A stretch of DNA of 64,000 nucleotides, taken from Botryllus schlosseri. Lineage: Eukaryota. The stretch covers positions 35,466,001 to 35,530,000 of the forward strand of contig CM119371.1 in assembly GCA_051294905.1 (NCBI GenBank). The letters run 5' to 3'. Of this stretch, positions 26,601-41,730 are shown piece by piece. The notes beneath the pieces were generated by a model, which saw only the letters and a list, made by a program, of their open reading frames with translations, had not been told where the DNA came from and searched no databases. Positions within the stretch are counted from its first letter, which is position 1, and every line of letters begins with the position of its first letter. The translations under genes and the position numbers were made by a program.

Positions 26601-29600
26601 CCTGGCCAACGTCTTTCGCAAAATTACACGTATAGCTCTCGGATTAAAGACGCCGATATTTCTATCTTAGACAAGTGCTCCACTTTTAATCACGTTCAGG
26701 AGTCGAGGCTTGTCCCAAAGCATAATCGAACCGAGTTTAAGCCAATTCTACCGTCTAGTTCGAGTCGAATTTCATCTCTACTTTTCAGAGAAATTGCACG
26801 AGTATCATCACCTGGCCAACGTCTGTCGCAAAATTACACGTATAGCTCTCGGATTGAAGACACCGATATTTCTATCTTAGACAAGTGCTCCACTTTTAAT
26901 CACGTTCAGGAGTCGAGGCTTGTCCCAAAGCATAATCGAACCGAGTTTTAGCCAATTCTACCGTCTAGTTCGAGTCTAATTTCATCTCTACTTTTCAGAG
27001 AAATTGCACGAGTATCATCACCTGGCCAACGTCTTTCGCAAAATTACACGTATAGCTCTCGGATTGAAGACGCCGATATTTCTATCTTAGACAAGTGCTC
27101 CACTTTTAACCACGTTCAGGAGTCGAGGCTTGTCCCAAAGCATAATCGAACCGAATTTCAGCCAATTCTACCGTCTAGTTCGAGTCGAATCTCATCTCTA
27201 CTTTTCAGAGAAATAGCGCGAGTATCATCACCTGGCCAACGTCTTTCGCAAAATTACACGTATAGCTCTCGGATTAAAGTCGCCGATATTTCTATCTTAG
27301 CCAAGTGCTCCACTTTTAATCACGTTCACGAGTCGAGGCTTGTCCAAAACCATAATCGAACCGAGTTTTAGCCAATTCTACCGTCTAGTTCGAGTCGAAT
27401 TTCATCTCTACTTTTCAGAGAAATTGCACGAGTATCATCACCTGGCCAACGTCTTTCGCAAAATTACACGTATAGCTTTCGGATTAAAGACGCCGATATT
27501 TCTATCTTAGACAAGTGCTCCACTTTTAATCACGTTCAGGAGTCGAGGCTTGTCCCAAAGCATAATCGAACCGAGTTTTAGCCAATTCTACCGTCTAGTT
27601 CGAGTCGAATTTCATCTCTACTTTTCAGAGAAATTGCACGAGTATCATCACCTGGCCAACGTCTTTCGCAAAATTACACGTATAGCTCTCGGATTAAAGA
27701 CGCCGATATTTCTATCTTAGACAAGTGCTCCACTTTTAATCACGTTCAGGAGTCGAGGCTTGTCCCAAAGCATAATCGAACCTAATTTAAGCCAATTCTA
27801 CCGTCTAGTTCGAGTCGAATCTCATCTCTACTTTTCAAAGAAATAGCGCGAGTATCATCACCTGGCCAACGTCTTTCGCAAAATTACACGTATAGCTCTC
27901 GGATTAAAGACGCCGATATTTCTATCTTAGACAAGTGCTCCACTTTTAATCACGTTCAGGAGTCGAGGCTTGTCCCAAAGCATAATCGAACCGAATTTCA
28001 GCCAATTCTACCGTCTAGTTCGAGTCGAATCTCATCTCTACTTTTCAGAGAAATAGCGCGAGTATCATCACCTGGCCAACGTCTTTCGAAAAATTACACG
28101 TATAGCTCTCGGATTAAAGACGCCGATATTTCTATCTTAGACAAGTGCTACACTTTTAATCACGTTCAGGAGTCGAGGCTTGTCGAAAAGCATAATCGAA
28201 CCGAGTTTTAGCCAATTCTACCGTCTAGTTCGAGTCGAATTTCATCTCTACTTTTCAGAGAAATTGCACGAGTATCATCACCTGGCCAACGTCTTTCGCA
28301 AAATTACACGTATAGCTCTCGGATTAAAGACGCCGATATTTCTATCTTAGACAAGTGCTTCACTTTTAATCACGTTCAGGAGTCGAGGCTTGTCCCAAAG
28401 CATAATCGAACCGAGTTTTAGCCAATTCTACCGTCTTGTTCGAGTCGAATTTCATCTCTACTTTTCAGAGAAATTGCACGAGTATCATCACCTGGCCAAC
28501 GTCTTTCGCAAAATTACACGTATAGCTCTCGGATTAAAGACGCCGATATTTCTATCTTAGACAAGTGCTCCACTTTTAATCACGTTCAGGAGTCGAGGCT
28601 TGTCCCAAAGCATGATCGAACCGAGTTTTAGCCAATTCTACCGTCTAGTTCGAGTCGAATTTCATCTCTACTTTTCAGAGAAATTGCACGAGTATCATCA
28701 CCTGGCCTACGTCTTTCGCAAAATTACACGTATAGCTCTCGGATTAAAGTCGCCGATATTTCTATCTTAGCCAAGTGCTCCACTTTTAATCACGTTCACG
28801 AGTCGAGGCTTGTCCCAAAGCATAATCGAACCGAGTTTTAGCCAATTCTACCGTCTAGTTCGAGTCGAATTTCATCTCTACTTTTCAGAGAAATTGCACA
28901 AGTATCATCACCTGGCCAGCGTCTTTCGCAAAATTACACGTATAGCTTTCGGATTAAAGACGCCGATATTTCTATCTTAGACAAGTGCTCCACTTTTAAT
29001 CACGTTCAGGAGTCGAGGCTTGTCCCAAAGCATAATCGAACCGAGTTTTAGCCAATTCTACCGTCTAGTTCGAGTCGAATTTCATCTCTACTTTTCAGAG
29101 AAATTGCACGAGTATCATCACCTGGCCAACGTCTTTCGCAAAATTACACGTATAGCTCTCGGATTAAAGACGCCGATATTTCTATCTTAGACAAGTGCTC
29201 CACTTTTAACCACGTTCAGGAGTCGAGGCTTGTCCCAAAGCATAATCGAACCTAATTTAAGCCAATTCTACCGTCTAGTTCGAGTCGAATCTCATCTCTA
29301 CTTTTCAGAGAAATAGCGCGAGTATCATCACCTGGCCAACGTCTTTCGCAAAATTACACGTATAGCTCTCGGATTAAAGACGCCGATATTTCTATCTTAG
29401 ACAAGTGCTCCACTTTTAATCACGTTCAGGAGTCGAGGCTTGTCCCAAAGCATAATCGAACCGAGTTTTAGCCAATTCTACCGTCTAGTTCGAGTCGAAT
29501 TTCATCTCTACTTTTCAGAGAAATTGCACGAGTATCATCACCTGGCCAACGTCTTTCGCAAAATTACACGTATAGCTCTCGGATTAAAGACGCCGATATT

Positions 29601-29659
29601 TCTATCTTAGACAAGTGCTACACTTTTAATCACGTTCAGGAGTCGAGGCTTGTCGAAAA

Positions 29660-32600
29660 GCATAATCGAACCGAGTTTTAGCCAATTCTACCGTCTAGTT
29701 CGAGTCGAATTTCATCTCTACTTTTCAGAGAAATTGCACGAGTATCATCACCTGGCCAACGTCTTTCGCAAAATTACACGTATAGCTCTCGGATTAAAGA
29801 CGCCGATATTTCTATCTTAGACAAGTGCTCCACTTTTAATCACGTTCAGGAGTCGAGGCTTGTCCCAAAGCATAATCGAACCGAGTTTTAGCCAATTCTA
29901 CCGTCTTGTTCGAGTCGAATTTCATCTCTACTTTTCAGAGAAATTGCACGAGTATCATCACCTGGCCAACGTCTTTCGCAAAATTACACGTATAGCTCTC
30001 GGATTAAAGACGCCGATATTTCTATCTTAGACAAGTGCTCCACTTTTAATCACGTTCAGGAGTCGAGGCTTGTCCCAAAGCATGATCGAACCGAGTTTTA
30101 GCCAATTCTACCGTCTAGTTCGAGTCGAATTTCATCTCTACTTTTCAGAGAAATTGCACGAGTATCATCACCTGGCCAACGTCTTTCGCAAAATTACACG
30201 TATAGCTCTCGGATTAAAGACGCCGATATTTCTATCTTAGACAAGTGCTCCACTTTTAACCACGTTCAGGAGTCGAGGCTTGTCCCAAAGCATAATTGAA
30301 CCTAATTTCAGCCAATTCTACCGTCTAGTTCGAGTCGAATATCATCTCTACTTTTCAGAGAAATAGCGCGAGTATCATCACCTGGCTAACGTCTTTCGCA
30401 AAATTACACGTATAGCTCTCGGATTAAAGACGCCGACATTTCTATCTTAGACAAGTGCTCCACTTTTAATCACGTTCACGAGTCGAGGCTTGTCCCAAAG
30501 CATAATCGAACCGAGTTTTAGCCAATTCTACCGTCTAGTTCGAGTCGAATTTCATCTCTACTTTTCAGAGAAATTGCACGAGTATCATCACCTGGCCAAC
30601 GTCTTTCGCAAAATTACACGTATAGCTCTCGGATTAAAGACGCCGATATTTCTATCTTAGACAAGTGCTCCACTTTTAATCACGTTCACGAGTCGAGGCT
30701 TGTCCCAAAGCATGATCGAACCGAGTTTTAGCCAATTCTACCGTCTAGTTCGAGTCGAATTTCATCTCTACTTTTCAGAGAAATTGCACGATTCTCATCA
30801 CCTGGCCAACGTCTTTCGCAAAATTACACGTATAGCTCTCGGATTAAAGACGCCGATATTTCTATCTTAGACAAGTGCTCCACTTTTAATCACGTTCAGG
30901 AGTCGAGGCTTGTCCCAAAGCATAATCGAACCTAATTTAAGCCAATTCTACCGTCTAGTTCGAGTGGAATATCATCTCTACTTTTCAGAGAAATTGCACG
31001 AGTATCATCACCTGGCCAACGTCTTTCGCAAAATTACACGTATAGCTCTCGGATTAAAGACGCCGATATTTCTATCTTAGACAACTGCTCCACTTTTAAC
31101 CACGTTCAGGAGTCGAGGCTTGTCCCAAAGCATAATCGAACCTAATTTAAGCCAATTCTACCGTCTAGTTCGAGTCGAATATCATCTCTACTTTGCAGAG
31201 AAATAGCGCGAGTATCATCACCTGGCTAACGTCTTTCGCAAAATTACACGTATAGCTCTCGGATTGAAGACGCCGACATTTCTATCTTAGACAAGTGCAC
31301 CACTTTTAACCACGTTCAGGATTCGAGGCTTGTCCCAAAGCATAATCGAACCGAATTTCAGCCAATTCTACCGTCTAGTTCCAGTCGAATCTCATCTCTA
31401 CTTTTCAGAGAAATTGCACGAGTATCATCACCTGGCAAACGTTTTTCGCAAAATTACACGTATAGCTCTCGGATTAAAGACGCCGATATTTCTATCTTAG
31501 ACAAGTGCTACACTTTTAATCACGTTCAGGAGTCGAGGCTTGTCACAAAGCATAATCGAACCGAGTTTCAGCCAATTCTACCGTCTAGCTCGAGTCGAAT
31601 TTCATCTCTACTTTTCAGAGAAATTGCACGAGTATCATCACCTGGCCAACGTCTGTCGCAAAATTACACGTATAGCTCTCGGATTAAAGACGCCGATATT
31701 TCTATCTTAGACAAGTGCTCCACTTTTAATCACGTTCAGGAGTCGAGGCTTGTCCCAAAGCATAATCGAACCGAGTTTTAGCCAATTCTACCGTCTAGTT
31801 CGAGTCTAATTTCATCTCTAATTTTCAGAGAAATTGCACCAGTATCATCACCTGGCCAACGTCTTTCGCAAAATTACACGTATAGCTCTCGGATTAAAGA
31901 CGCCGATATTTCTATCTTAGACAAGTGCTCCACTTTTAACCACGTTCAGGAGTCGAGGCTTGTCCCAAAGCATAATCGAACCGAGTTTTAGCCAATTCTA
32001 CCGTCTAGTTCGAGTCTAATTTCATCTCTACTTTTCAGAGAAATTGCACGAGTATCATCACCTGGCCAACGTCTTTCGCAAAATTACACGAATAGCTCTC
32101 GGATTAAAGACGCCGATATTTCTATCTTAGACAAGTGCTCCACTTTTAACCACGTTCAGGAGTCGAGGCTTGTCCCAAAGCATAATCGAACCTAATTTCA
32201 GCCAATTCTACCGTCTAGTTCGAGTCGAATATCATCTCTACTTTTCAGAGAAATAGCGCGAGTATCATCACCTGGCTAACGTCTTTCGCAAAATTATACG
32301 TATAGCTCTCGGATTAAAGACGCCGATATTTCTATCTTAGACAAGTGCTCCACTTTTAACCACGTTCAGGAGTCGAAGCTTGTCCTAAAGCATAATCGAA
32401 CCGAGTTTTAGCCAATTCTACCGTCTAGTTCGAGTCCAATTTCATCTCTACTTTTCAGAGAAATTGCACGAGTATCATCACCCGGCCAACGTCTTTCGCA
32501 AAATTACACGTATAGCTCTCGGATTAAAGACGCCGATATTTCTTTTTTAGACAAGTGCTCCACTTTTAACCACGTTCAGGAGTCGAGGCTTGTCCCAAAG

Positions 32601-35600
32601 CATAATCGAACCGAGTTTTAGCCAATTCTACCGTCTAGTTCGAGTCGAATTTCATCTCTACTTTTCAGAGAAATTGCACGAGTATCATCACCTGGCCAAC
32701 GTCTTTCGCAAAATTACACGTATAGCTCTCGGATTAAAGACGCCGATATTTCTATCTTAGACAAGTGCTCCACTTTTAATCACGTTCAGGAGTCGAGGCT
32801 TGTCCCAAAGCATAATCGAACCGAGTTTTAGCCAATTCTACCGTCTTGTTCGAGTCGAATTTCATCTCTACTTTTCAGAGAAATTGCACGAGTATCATCA
32901 CCTGGCCAACGTCTTTCGCAAAATTACACGTATAGCTCTCGGATTAAAGACGCCGATATTTCTATCTTAGACAAGTGCTCCACTTTTAATCACGTTCAGG
33001 AGTCGAGGCTTGTCCCAAAGCATGATCGAACCGAGTTTTAGCCAATTCTACCGTCTAGTTCGAGTCGAATTTCATCTCTACTTTTCAGAGAAATTGCACG
33101 AGTATCATCACCTGGCCAACGTCTTTCGCAAAATTACACGTATAGCTCTCGGATTAAAGACGCCGATATTTCTATCTTAGACAAGTGCTCCACTTTTAAC
33201 CACGTTCAGGAGTCGAGGCTTGTCCCAAAGCATAATTGAACCTAATTTCAGCCAATTCTACCGTCTAGTTCGAGTCGAATATCATCTCTACTTTTCAGAG
33301 AAATAGCGCGAGTATCATCACCTGGCTAACGTCTTTCGCAAAATTACACGTATAGCTCTCGGATTAAAGACGCCGACATTTCTATCTTAGACAAGTGCTC
33401 CACTTTTAATCACGTTCACGAGTCGAGGCTTGTCCCAAAGCATAATCGAACCGAGTTTTAGCCAATTCTACCGTCTAGTTCGAGTCGAATTTCATCTCTA
33501 CTTTTCAGAGAAATTGCACGAGTATCATCACCTGGCCAACGTCTTTCGCAAAATTACACGTATAGCTCTCGGATTAAAGACGCCGATATTTCTATCTTAG
33601 ACAAGTGCTCCACTTTTAATCACGTTCAGGAGTCGAGGCTTGTCCCAAAGCATGATCGAACCGAGTTTTAGCCAATTCTACCGTCTAGTTCGAGTCGAAT
33701 TTCATCTCTACTTTTCAGAGAAATTGCACGATTCTCATCACCTGGCCAACGTCTTTCGCAAAATTACACGTATAGCTCTCGGATTAAAGACGCCTATATT
33801 TCTATCTTAGACAAGTGCTCCACTTTTAATCACGTTCAGGAGTCGAGGCTTGTCCCAAAGCATAATCGAACCTAATTTAAGCCAATTCTACCGTCTAGTT
33901 CGAGTGGAATATCATCTCTACTTTTCAGAGAAATTGCACGAGTATCATCACCTGGCCAACGTCTTTCGCAAAATTACACGTATAGCTCTCGGATTAAAGA
34001 CGCCGATATTTCTATCTTAGACAACTGCTCCACTTTTAACCACGTTCAGGAGTCGAGGCTTGTCCCAAAGCATAATCGAACCTAATTTAAGCCAATTCTA
34101 CCGTCTAGTTCGAGTCGAATATCATCTCTACTTTGCAGAGAAATAGCGCGAGTATCATCACCTGGCTAACGTCTTTCGCAAAATTACACGTATAGCTCTC
34201 GGATTGAAGACGCCGACATTTCTATCTTAGACAAGTGCTCCACTTTTAACCACGTTCAGGATTCGAGGCTTGTCCCAAAGCATAATCGAACCGAATTTCA
34301 GCCAATTCTACCGTCTAGTTCCAGTCGAATCTCATCTCTACTTTTCAGAGAAATTGCACGAGTATCATCACCTGGCCAACGTTTTTCGCAAAATTACACG
34401 TATAGCTCTCGGATTAAAGACGCCGATATTTCTATCTTAGACAAGTGCTACACTTTTAATCACGTTCAGGAGTCGAGGCTTGTCACAAAGCATAATCGAA
34501 CCGAGTTTTAGCCAATTCTACCGTCTAGCTCGAGTCGAATTTCATCTCTACTTTTCAGAGAAATTGCACGAGTATCATCACCTGGCCAACGTCTGTCGCA
34601 AAATTACACGTATAGCTCTCGGATTAAAGACGCCGATATTTCTATCTTAGACAAGTGCTCCACTTTTAATCACGTTCAGGAGTCGAGGCTTGTCCCAAAG
34701 CATAATCGAACCGAGTTTTAGCCAATTCTACCGTCTAGTTCGAGTCTAATTTCATCTCTAATTTTCAGAGAAATTGCACCAGTATCATCACCTGGCCAAC
34801 GTCTTTCGCAAAATTACACGTATAGCTCTCGGATTAAAGACGCCGATATTTCTATCTTAGACAAGTGCTCCACTTTTAACCACGTTCAGGAGTCGAGGCT
34901 TGTCCCAAAGCATAATCGAACCGAGTTTTAGCCAATTCTACCGTCTAGTTCGAGTCTAATTTCATCTCTACTTTTCAGAGAAATTGCACGAGTATCATCA
35001 CCTGGCCAACGTCTTTCGCAAAATTACACGAATAGCTCTCGGATTAAAGACGCCGATATTTCTATCTTAGACAAGTGCTCCACTTTTAACCACGTTCAGG
35101 AGTCGAGGCTTGTCCCAAAGCATAATCGAACCTAATTTCAGCCAATTCTACCGTCTAGTTCGAGTCGAATATCATCTCTACTTTTCAGAGAAATAGCGCG
35201 AGTATCATCACCTGGCTAACGTCTTTCGCAAAATTATACGTATAGCTCTCGGATTAAAGACGCCGATATTTCTATCTTAGACAAGTGCTCCACTTTTAAC
35301 CACGTTCAGGAGTCGAAGCTTGTCCTAAAGCATAATCGAACCGAGTTTTAGCCAATTCTACCGTCTAGTTCGAGTCCAATTTCATCTCTACTTTTCAGAG
35401 AAATTGCACGAGTATCATCACCCGGCCAACGTCTTTCGCAAAATTACACGTATAGCTCTCGGATTAAAGACGCCGATATTTCTTTTTTAGACAAGTGCTC
35501 CACTTTTAACCACGTTCAGGAGTCGAGGCTTGTCCCAAAGCATAATCGAACCGAGTTTTAGCCAATTCTACCGTCTAGTTCGAGTCGAATTTCATCTCTA

Positions 35601-35670
35601 CTTTTCAGAGAAATTGCACGAGTATCATCACCTGGCCAACGTCTTTCGCAAAATTACACGTATAGCTCTC
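29660..35670. repeat. 14-monomer (2940 bp) tandem duplication; boundaries approximate
   Basis: ccgtcttgtt 29901/32841; cataattgaa 30291/33231; attttcagagaaattgcacc 31821/34761; aaattatacg 32291/35231. Confidence 0.87.
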
Positions 35671-37049
35671 GGAATAAAGACGCCGATATTTCTATCTTAG
35701 ACAAGTGCTCCACTTTTTATCACGTTCAGAAGTCGAGGCTTGTCCCAAAGCATAATCGAACCGAGTTTTAGCCAATTCTACCGTCTAGTTCGAGTCAAAT
35801 TTCATCCCTACTTTTCAGAGAAATTGCACGAGTATCATCACCTGGCCAACGTCTTTCGCAAAATTACACGTATAGCTCTCGGATTAAAGACGCCGATATT
35901 TCTATCTTATACAAGTGCTCCACTTTTAATCACGTTCAGGAGTCGAGGCTTAACCCAAAGCATATTCGAACCGAGTTTTAGCCAATTCTACCGTCTAGTT
36001 CGAGTCGAATTTCATCTCTACTTTTCAGAGAAATTGCACGAGTATCATCACCTGGCCAACGTCTTTCGCAAAATTACACGTATAGCTCTCGGATTAAAGA
36101 CGCCGATATTTCTATCTTAGACAAGTGCTCCACTTTTAATCACGTTCAGGAGTCGAGGCTTAACCCAAAGCATATTCGAACCGAGTTTTAGCCAATTCTA
36201 CCGTCTAGTTCGAGTCGAATTTCATCTCTACTTTTCAGAGAAATTGCACGAGTATCATCACCTGGCCAACGTCTTTCGCAAAATTACACGTATAGCTCTC
36301 GGATTAAAGACGCCGATATTTCTTTTTTAGACAAGTGCTCCACTTTTAACCACGTTCAGGAGTCGAGGCTTGTCCCAAAGCATAATCGAACCGAGTTTTA
36401 GCCAATTCTACCGTCTAGTTCGAGTCGAATTTCATCTCTACTTTTCAGAGAAATTGCACGAGTATCATCACCTGGCCAACGTCTTTCGCAAAATTACACG
36501 TATAGCTCTCGGATTAAAGACGCCGATATTTCTATCTTAGACAAGTGCTCCACTTTTAATCACGTTCAGGAGTCGAGGCTTGTCACAAAGCATAATCGAA
36601 CCGAATTTTAGCCAATTATACCGTCTAGCTCGAGTCGAATCTCATCTCTACTTTTCAGAGAAATTGCACGAGTATCATCACCTGGCCAACGTCTGTCGCA
36701 AAATTACACGTATAGCTCTCGGATTGAAGACGCCGATATTTCTATCTTAGACAAGTGCTCCACTTTTAATCACGTTCAGGAGTCGAAGCTTGTCCCAAAG
36801 CATAATCGAACCGAGTTTTAGCCAATTCTACCGTCTAGTTCGAGTCTAATATCATCTCTACTTTTCAGAGAAATTGCACGAGTATCATCACCTGGCCAAC
36901 GTCTTTCGCAAAATTACACGTATAGCTCTCGGATTGAAGACGCCGATATTTCTATCTTAGACAAGTGCTCCACTTTTAATCACGTTCAGGAGTCGAGGCT
37001 TAACCCAAAGCATATTCGAACCGAGTTTTAGCCAATTCTACTGTCTAGT

Positions 37050-40000
37050 TCGAGTCGAATTTCATCTCTACTTTTCAGAGAAATTGCACGAGTATCATCA
37101 CCTGGCCAACGTCTTTCGCAAAATTACACGTATAGCTCTCGGATTAATGACGCCGATATTTCTATCTTAGACAAGTGCTCCACTTTTAATCACGTTCAAG
37201 AGTCGAGGCTTAACCCAAAGCATATTCGAACCGAGTTTTAGCCAATTCTACCGTCTAGTTCGAGTCGAATTTCATCTCTACTTTTCAGAGAAATTGCACG
37301 AGTATCATCACCTGGCCAACGTCTTTCGCAAAATTACACGTATAGCTCTCGGATTAAAGACGCCGATATTTCTTTTTTAGACAAGTGCTCCACTTTTAAC
37401 CAAGTTCAGGAATCGAGGCTTGTCTCAAAGCATAATCGAACCGAGTTTTAGCCAATTCTACCGTCTAGTTCGAGTCGAATTTCATCTCTACTTTTCAGAG
37501 AAATTGCACGAGTATCATCACCTGGCCAACGTCTTTCGCAAAATTACACGTATAGCTCTCGGATTAAAGACGCCGATATTTCTATCTTAGACAAGTGCTC
37601 CACTTTTAATCACGTTCAGGAGTCGAGGCTTGTCACAAAGCATAATCGAACCGAGTTTTAGCCAATTCTACCGTCTAGCTCGAGTCGAATCTCATCTCTA
37701 CTTTTCAGAGAAATTGCACGAGTATCATCACCTGGCCAACGTCTGTCGCAAAATTACACGTATAGCTCTCGGATTGAAGACGCCGATATTTCTATCTTAG
37801 ACAAGTGCTCCACTTTCAATCACGTTCAGGAGTCGAGGCTTGTCCCAAAGCATAATCGAACCGAGTTTTAGCCAATTCTACCGTCTAGTTCGAGTCTAAT
37901 TTCATCTCTACTTTTCAGAGAAATTGCACGAGTTTCATCACCTGGCCAACGTCTTTCGCAAAATTACACGTATAGCTCTCGGATTGAAGACGCCGATATT
38001 TCTATCTTAGACAAGTGCTCCACTTTTAACCACGTTCAGGAGTCGAGGCTTGTCCCAAAGCATAATCGAACCGAATTTCAGCCAATTCTACCGTCTAGTT
38101 CGAGTCGAATCTCATCTCCACTTTTCAGAGAAATAGCGCGAGTATCATCACCTGGCCAACGTCTTTCGCAAAATTACACGTATAGCTCTCGGATTAAAGA
38201 CGCCGATATTTCTATCTTAGCCAAGTGCTCCACTTTTAATCACGTTCACGAGTCGAGGCTTGTCCCAAAGCATAATCGAACCGAGTTTTAGCCAATTCTA
38301 CCGTCTAGTTCGAGTCGAATTTCATCTCTACTTTTCAGAGAAATTGCACGAGTATCATCACCTGGCCAACGTCTTTCGCAAAATTACACGTATAGCTTTC
38401 GGATTAAAGACGCCGATATTTCTATCTTAGACAAGTGCTCCACTTTTAATCACGTTCAGGAGTCGAAGCTTGTCCCAAAGCATAATCGAACCGAGTTTTA
38501 GCCAATTCTACCGTCTAGTTCGAGTCGAATTTCATCTCTACTTTTCAGAGAAATTGCACGAGTATCATCACCTGGCCAACGTCTTTCGCAAAATTACACG
38601 TATAGCTCTCGGATTAAAGACGCCGATATTTCTATCTTAGACAAGTGCTCCACTTTTAACCACGTTCAGGAGTCGAGGCTTGTCCCAAAGCATAATCGAA
38701 CCGAGTTTTAGCCAATTCTACCGTCTAGTTCGAGTCGAATATCATCTCTACTTTTCAGAGAAATAGCGCGAGTATCATCACCTGGCTAACGTCTTTCGCA
38801 AAATTACACGTATAGCTCTCGGATTAAAGACGCCGACATTTCTATCTTAGACAAGTGCTCCACTTTTAACCACGTTCAGGATTCGAGGCTTGTCCCAAAG
38901 CATAATCGAACCGAATTTCAGCCAATTCTACCGTCTAGTTCGAGTCGAATCTCATCTCTACTTTTCAGAGAAATAGCGCGAGTATCATCACCTGGCCAAC
39001 GTCTTTTGCAAAATTACACGTATAGCTCTCGGATTAAAGTCGCCGATATTTCTATCTTAGCCAAGTGCTCCACTTTTAACCACGTTCACGAGTCGAGGCT
39101 TGTCCCAAAGCATAATCGAACCGAGTTTTAGCCAATTCTACCGTCTAGTTCGAGTCGAATTTCATCTCTACTTTTCAGAGAAATTGCACGAGTATCATCA
39201 CCTGGCCAACGTCTTTCGCAAAATTACACGTATAGCTCTCGGATTAAAGACGCCGATATTTCTATCTTAGACAAGTGCTCCACTTTTAATCACGTTCAGG
39301 AGTCGAGGCTTGTCCCAAAGCATAATCGAACCGAGTTTAAGCCAATTCTACCGTCTAGTTCGAGTCGAATTTCATCTCTACTTTTCAGAGAAATTGCACG
39401 AGTATCATCACCTGGCCAACGTCTTTCGCAAAATTACACGTATAGCTCTCGGATTAATGACGCCGATATTTCTATCTTAGACAAGTGCTCCACTTTTAAT
39501 CACGTTCAAGAGTCGAGGCTTAACCCAAAGCATATTCGAACCGAGTTTTAGCCAATTCTACCGTCTAGTTCGAGTCGAATTTCATCTCTACTTTTCAGAG
39601 AAATTGCACGAGTATCATCACCTGGCCAACGTCTTTCGCAAAATTACACGTATAGCTCTCGGATTAAAGACGCCGATATTTCTTTTTTAGACAAGTGCTC
39701 CACTTTTAACCAAGTTCAGGAATCGAGGCTTGTCTCAAAGCATAATCGAACCGAGTTTTAGCCAATTCTACCGTCTAGTTCGAGTCGAATTTCATCTCTA
39801 CTTTTCAGAGAAATTGCACGAGTATCATCACCTGGCCAACGTCTTTCGCAAAATTACACGTATAGCTCTCGGATTAAAGACGCCGATATTTCTATCTTAG
39901 ACAAGTGCTCCACTTTTAATCACGTTCAGGAGTCGAGGCTTGTCACAAAGCATAATCGAACCGAGTTTTAGCCAATTCTACCGTCTAGCTCGAGTCGAAT

Positions 40001-41730
40001 CTCATCTCTACTTTTCAGAGAAATTGCACGAGTATCATCACCTGGCCAACGTCTGTCGCAAAATTACACGTATAGCTCTCGGATTGAAGACGCCGATATT
40101 TCTATCTTAGACAAGTGCTCCACTTTCAATCACGTTCAGGAGTCGAGGCTTGTCCCAAAGCATAATCGAACCGAGTTTTAGCCAATTCTACCGTCTAGTT
40201 CGAGTCTAATTTCATCTCTACTTTTCAGAGAAATTGCACGAGTTTCATCACCTGGCCAACGTCTTTCGCAAAATTACACGTATAGCTCTCGGATTGAAGA
40301 CGCCGATATTTCTATCTTAGACAAGTGCTCCACTTTTAACCACGTTCAGGAGTCGAGGCTTGTCCCAAAGCATAATCGAACCGAATTTCAGCCAATTCTA
40401 CCGTCTAGTTCGAGTCGAATCTCATCTCCACTTTTCAGAGAAATAGCGCGAGTATCATCACCTGGCCAACGTCTTTCGCAAAATTACACGTATAGCTCTC
40501 GGATTAAAGACGCCGATATTTCTATCTTAGCCAAGTGCTCCACTTTTAATCACGTTCACGAGTCGAGGCTTGTCCCAAAGCATAATCGAACCGAGTTTTA
40601 GCCAATTCTACCGTCTAGTTCGAGTCGAATTTCATCTCTACTTTTCAGAGAAATTGCACGAGTATCATCACCTGGCCAACGTCTTTCGCAAAATTACACG
40701 TATAGCTTTCGGATTAAAGACGCCGATATTTCTATCTTAGACAAGTGCTCCACTTTTAATCACGTTCAGGAGTCGAAGCTTGTCCCAAAGCATAATCGAA
40801 CCGAGTTTTAGCCAATTCTACCGTCTAGTTCGAGTCGAATTTCATCTCTACTTTTCAGAGAAATTGCACGAGTATCATCACCTGGCCAACGTCTTTCGCA
40901 AAATTACACGTATAGCTCTCGGATTAAAGACGCCGATATTTCTATCTTAGACAAGTGCTCCACTTTTAACCACGTTCAGGAGTCGAGGCTTGTCCCAAAG
41001 CATAATCGAACCGAGTTTTAGCCAATTCTACCGTCTAGTTCGAGTCGAATATCATCTCTACTTTTCAGAGAAATAGCGCGAGTATCATCACCTGGCTAAC
41101 GTCTTTCGCAAAATTACACGTATAGCTCTCGGATTAAAGACGCCGACATTTCTATCTTAGACAAGTGCTCCACTTTTAACCACGTTCAGGATTCGAGGCT
41201 TGTCCCAAAGCATAATCGAACCGAATTTCAGCCAATTCTACCGTCTAGTTCGAGTCGAATCTCATCTCTACTTTTCAGAGAAATAGCGCGAGTATCATCA
41301 CCTGGCCAACGTCTTTTGCAAAATTACACGTATAGCTCTCGGATTAAAGTCGCCGATATTTCTATCTTAGCCAAGTGCTCCACTTTTAACCACGTTCACG
41401 AGTCGAGGCTTGTCCCAAAGCATAATCGAACCGAGTTTTAGCCAATTCTACCGTCTAGTTCGAGTCGAATTTCATCTCTACTTTTCAGAGAAATTGCACG
41501 AGTATCATCACCTGGCCAACGTCTTTCGCAAAATTACACGTATAGCTCTCGGATTAAAGACGCCGATATTTCTATCTTAGACAAGTGCTCCACTTTTAAT
41601 CACGTTCAGGAGTCGAGGCTTGTCCCAAAGCATAATCGAACCGAGTTTAAGCCAATTCTACCGTCTAGTTCGAGTCGAATTTCATCTCTACTTTTCAGAG
41701 AAATTGCACGAGTATCATCACCTGGCCAAC
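37050..41730. repeat. 11-monomer (2310 bp) tandem duplication; boundaries approximate
   Basis: ggattaatga 37141/39451; caagttcaggaatc 37401/39711; agtttcatca 37931/40241; gtcttttgca 39001/41311; ccgagtttaa 39331/41641. Confidence 0.87.
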
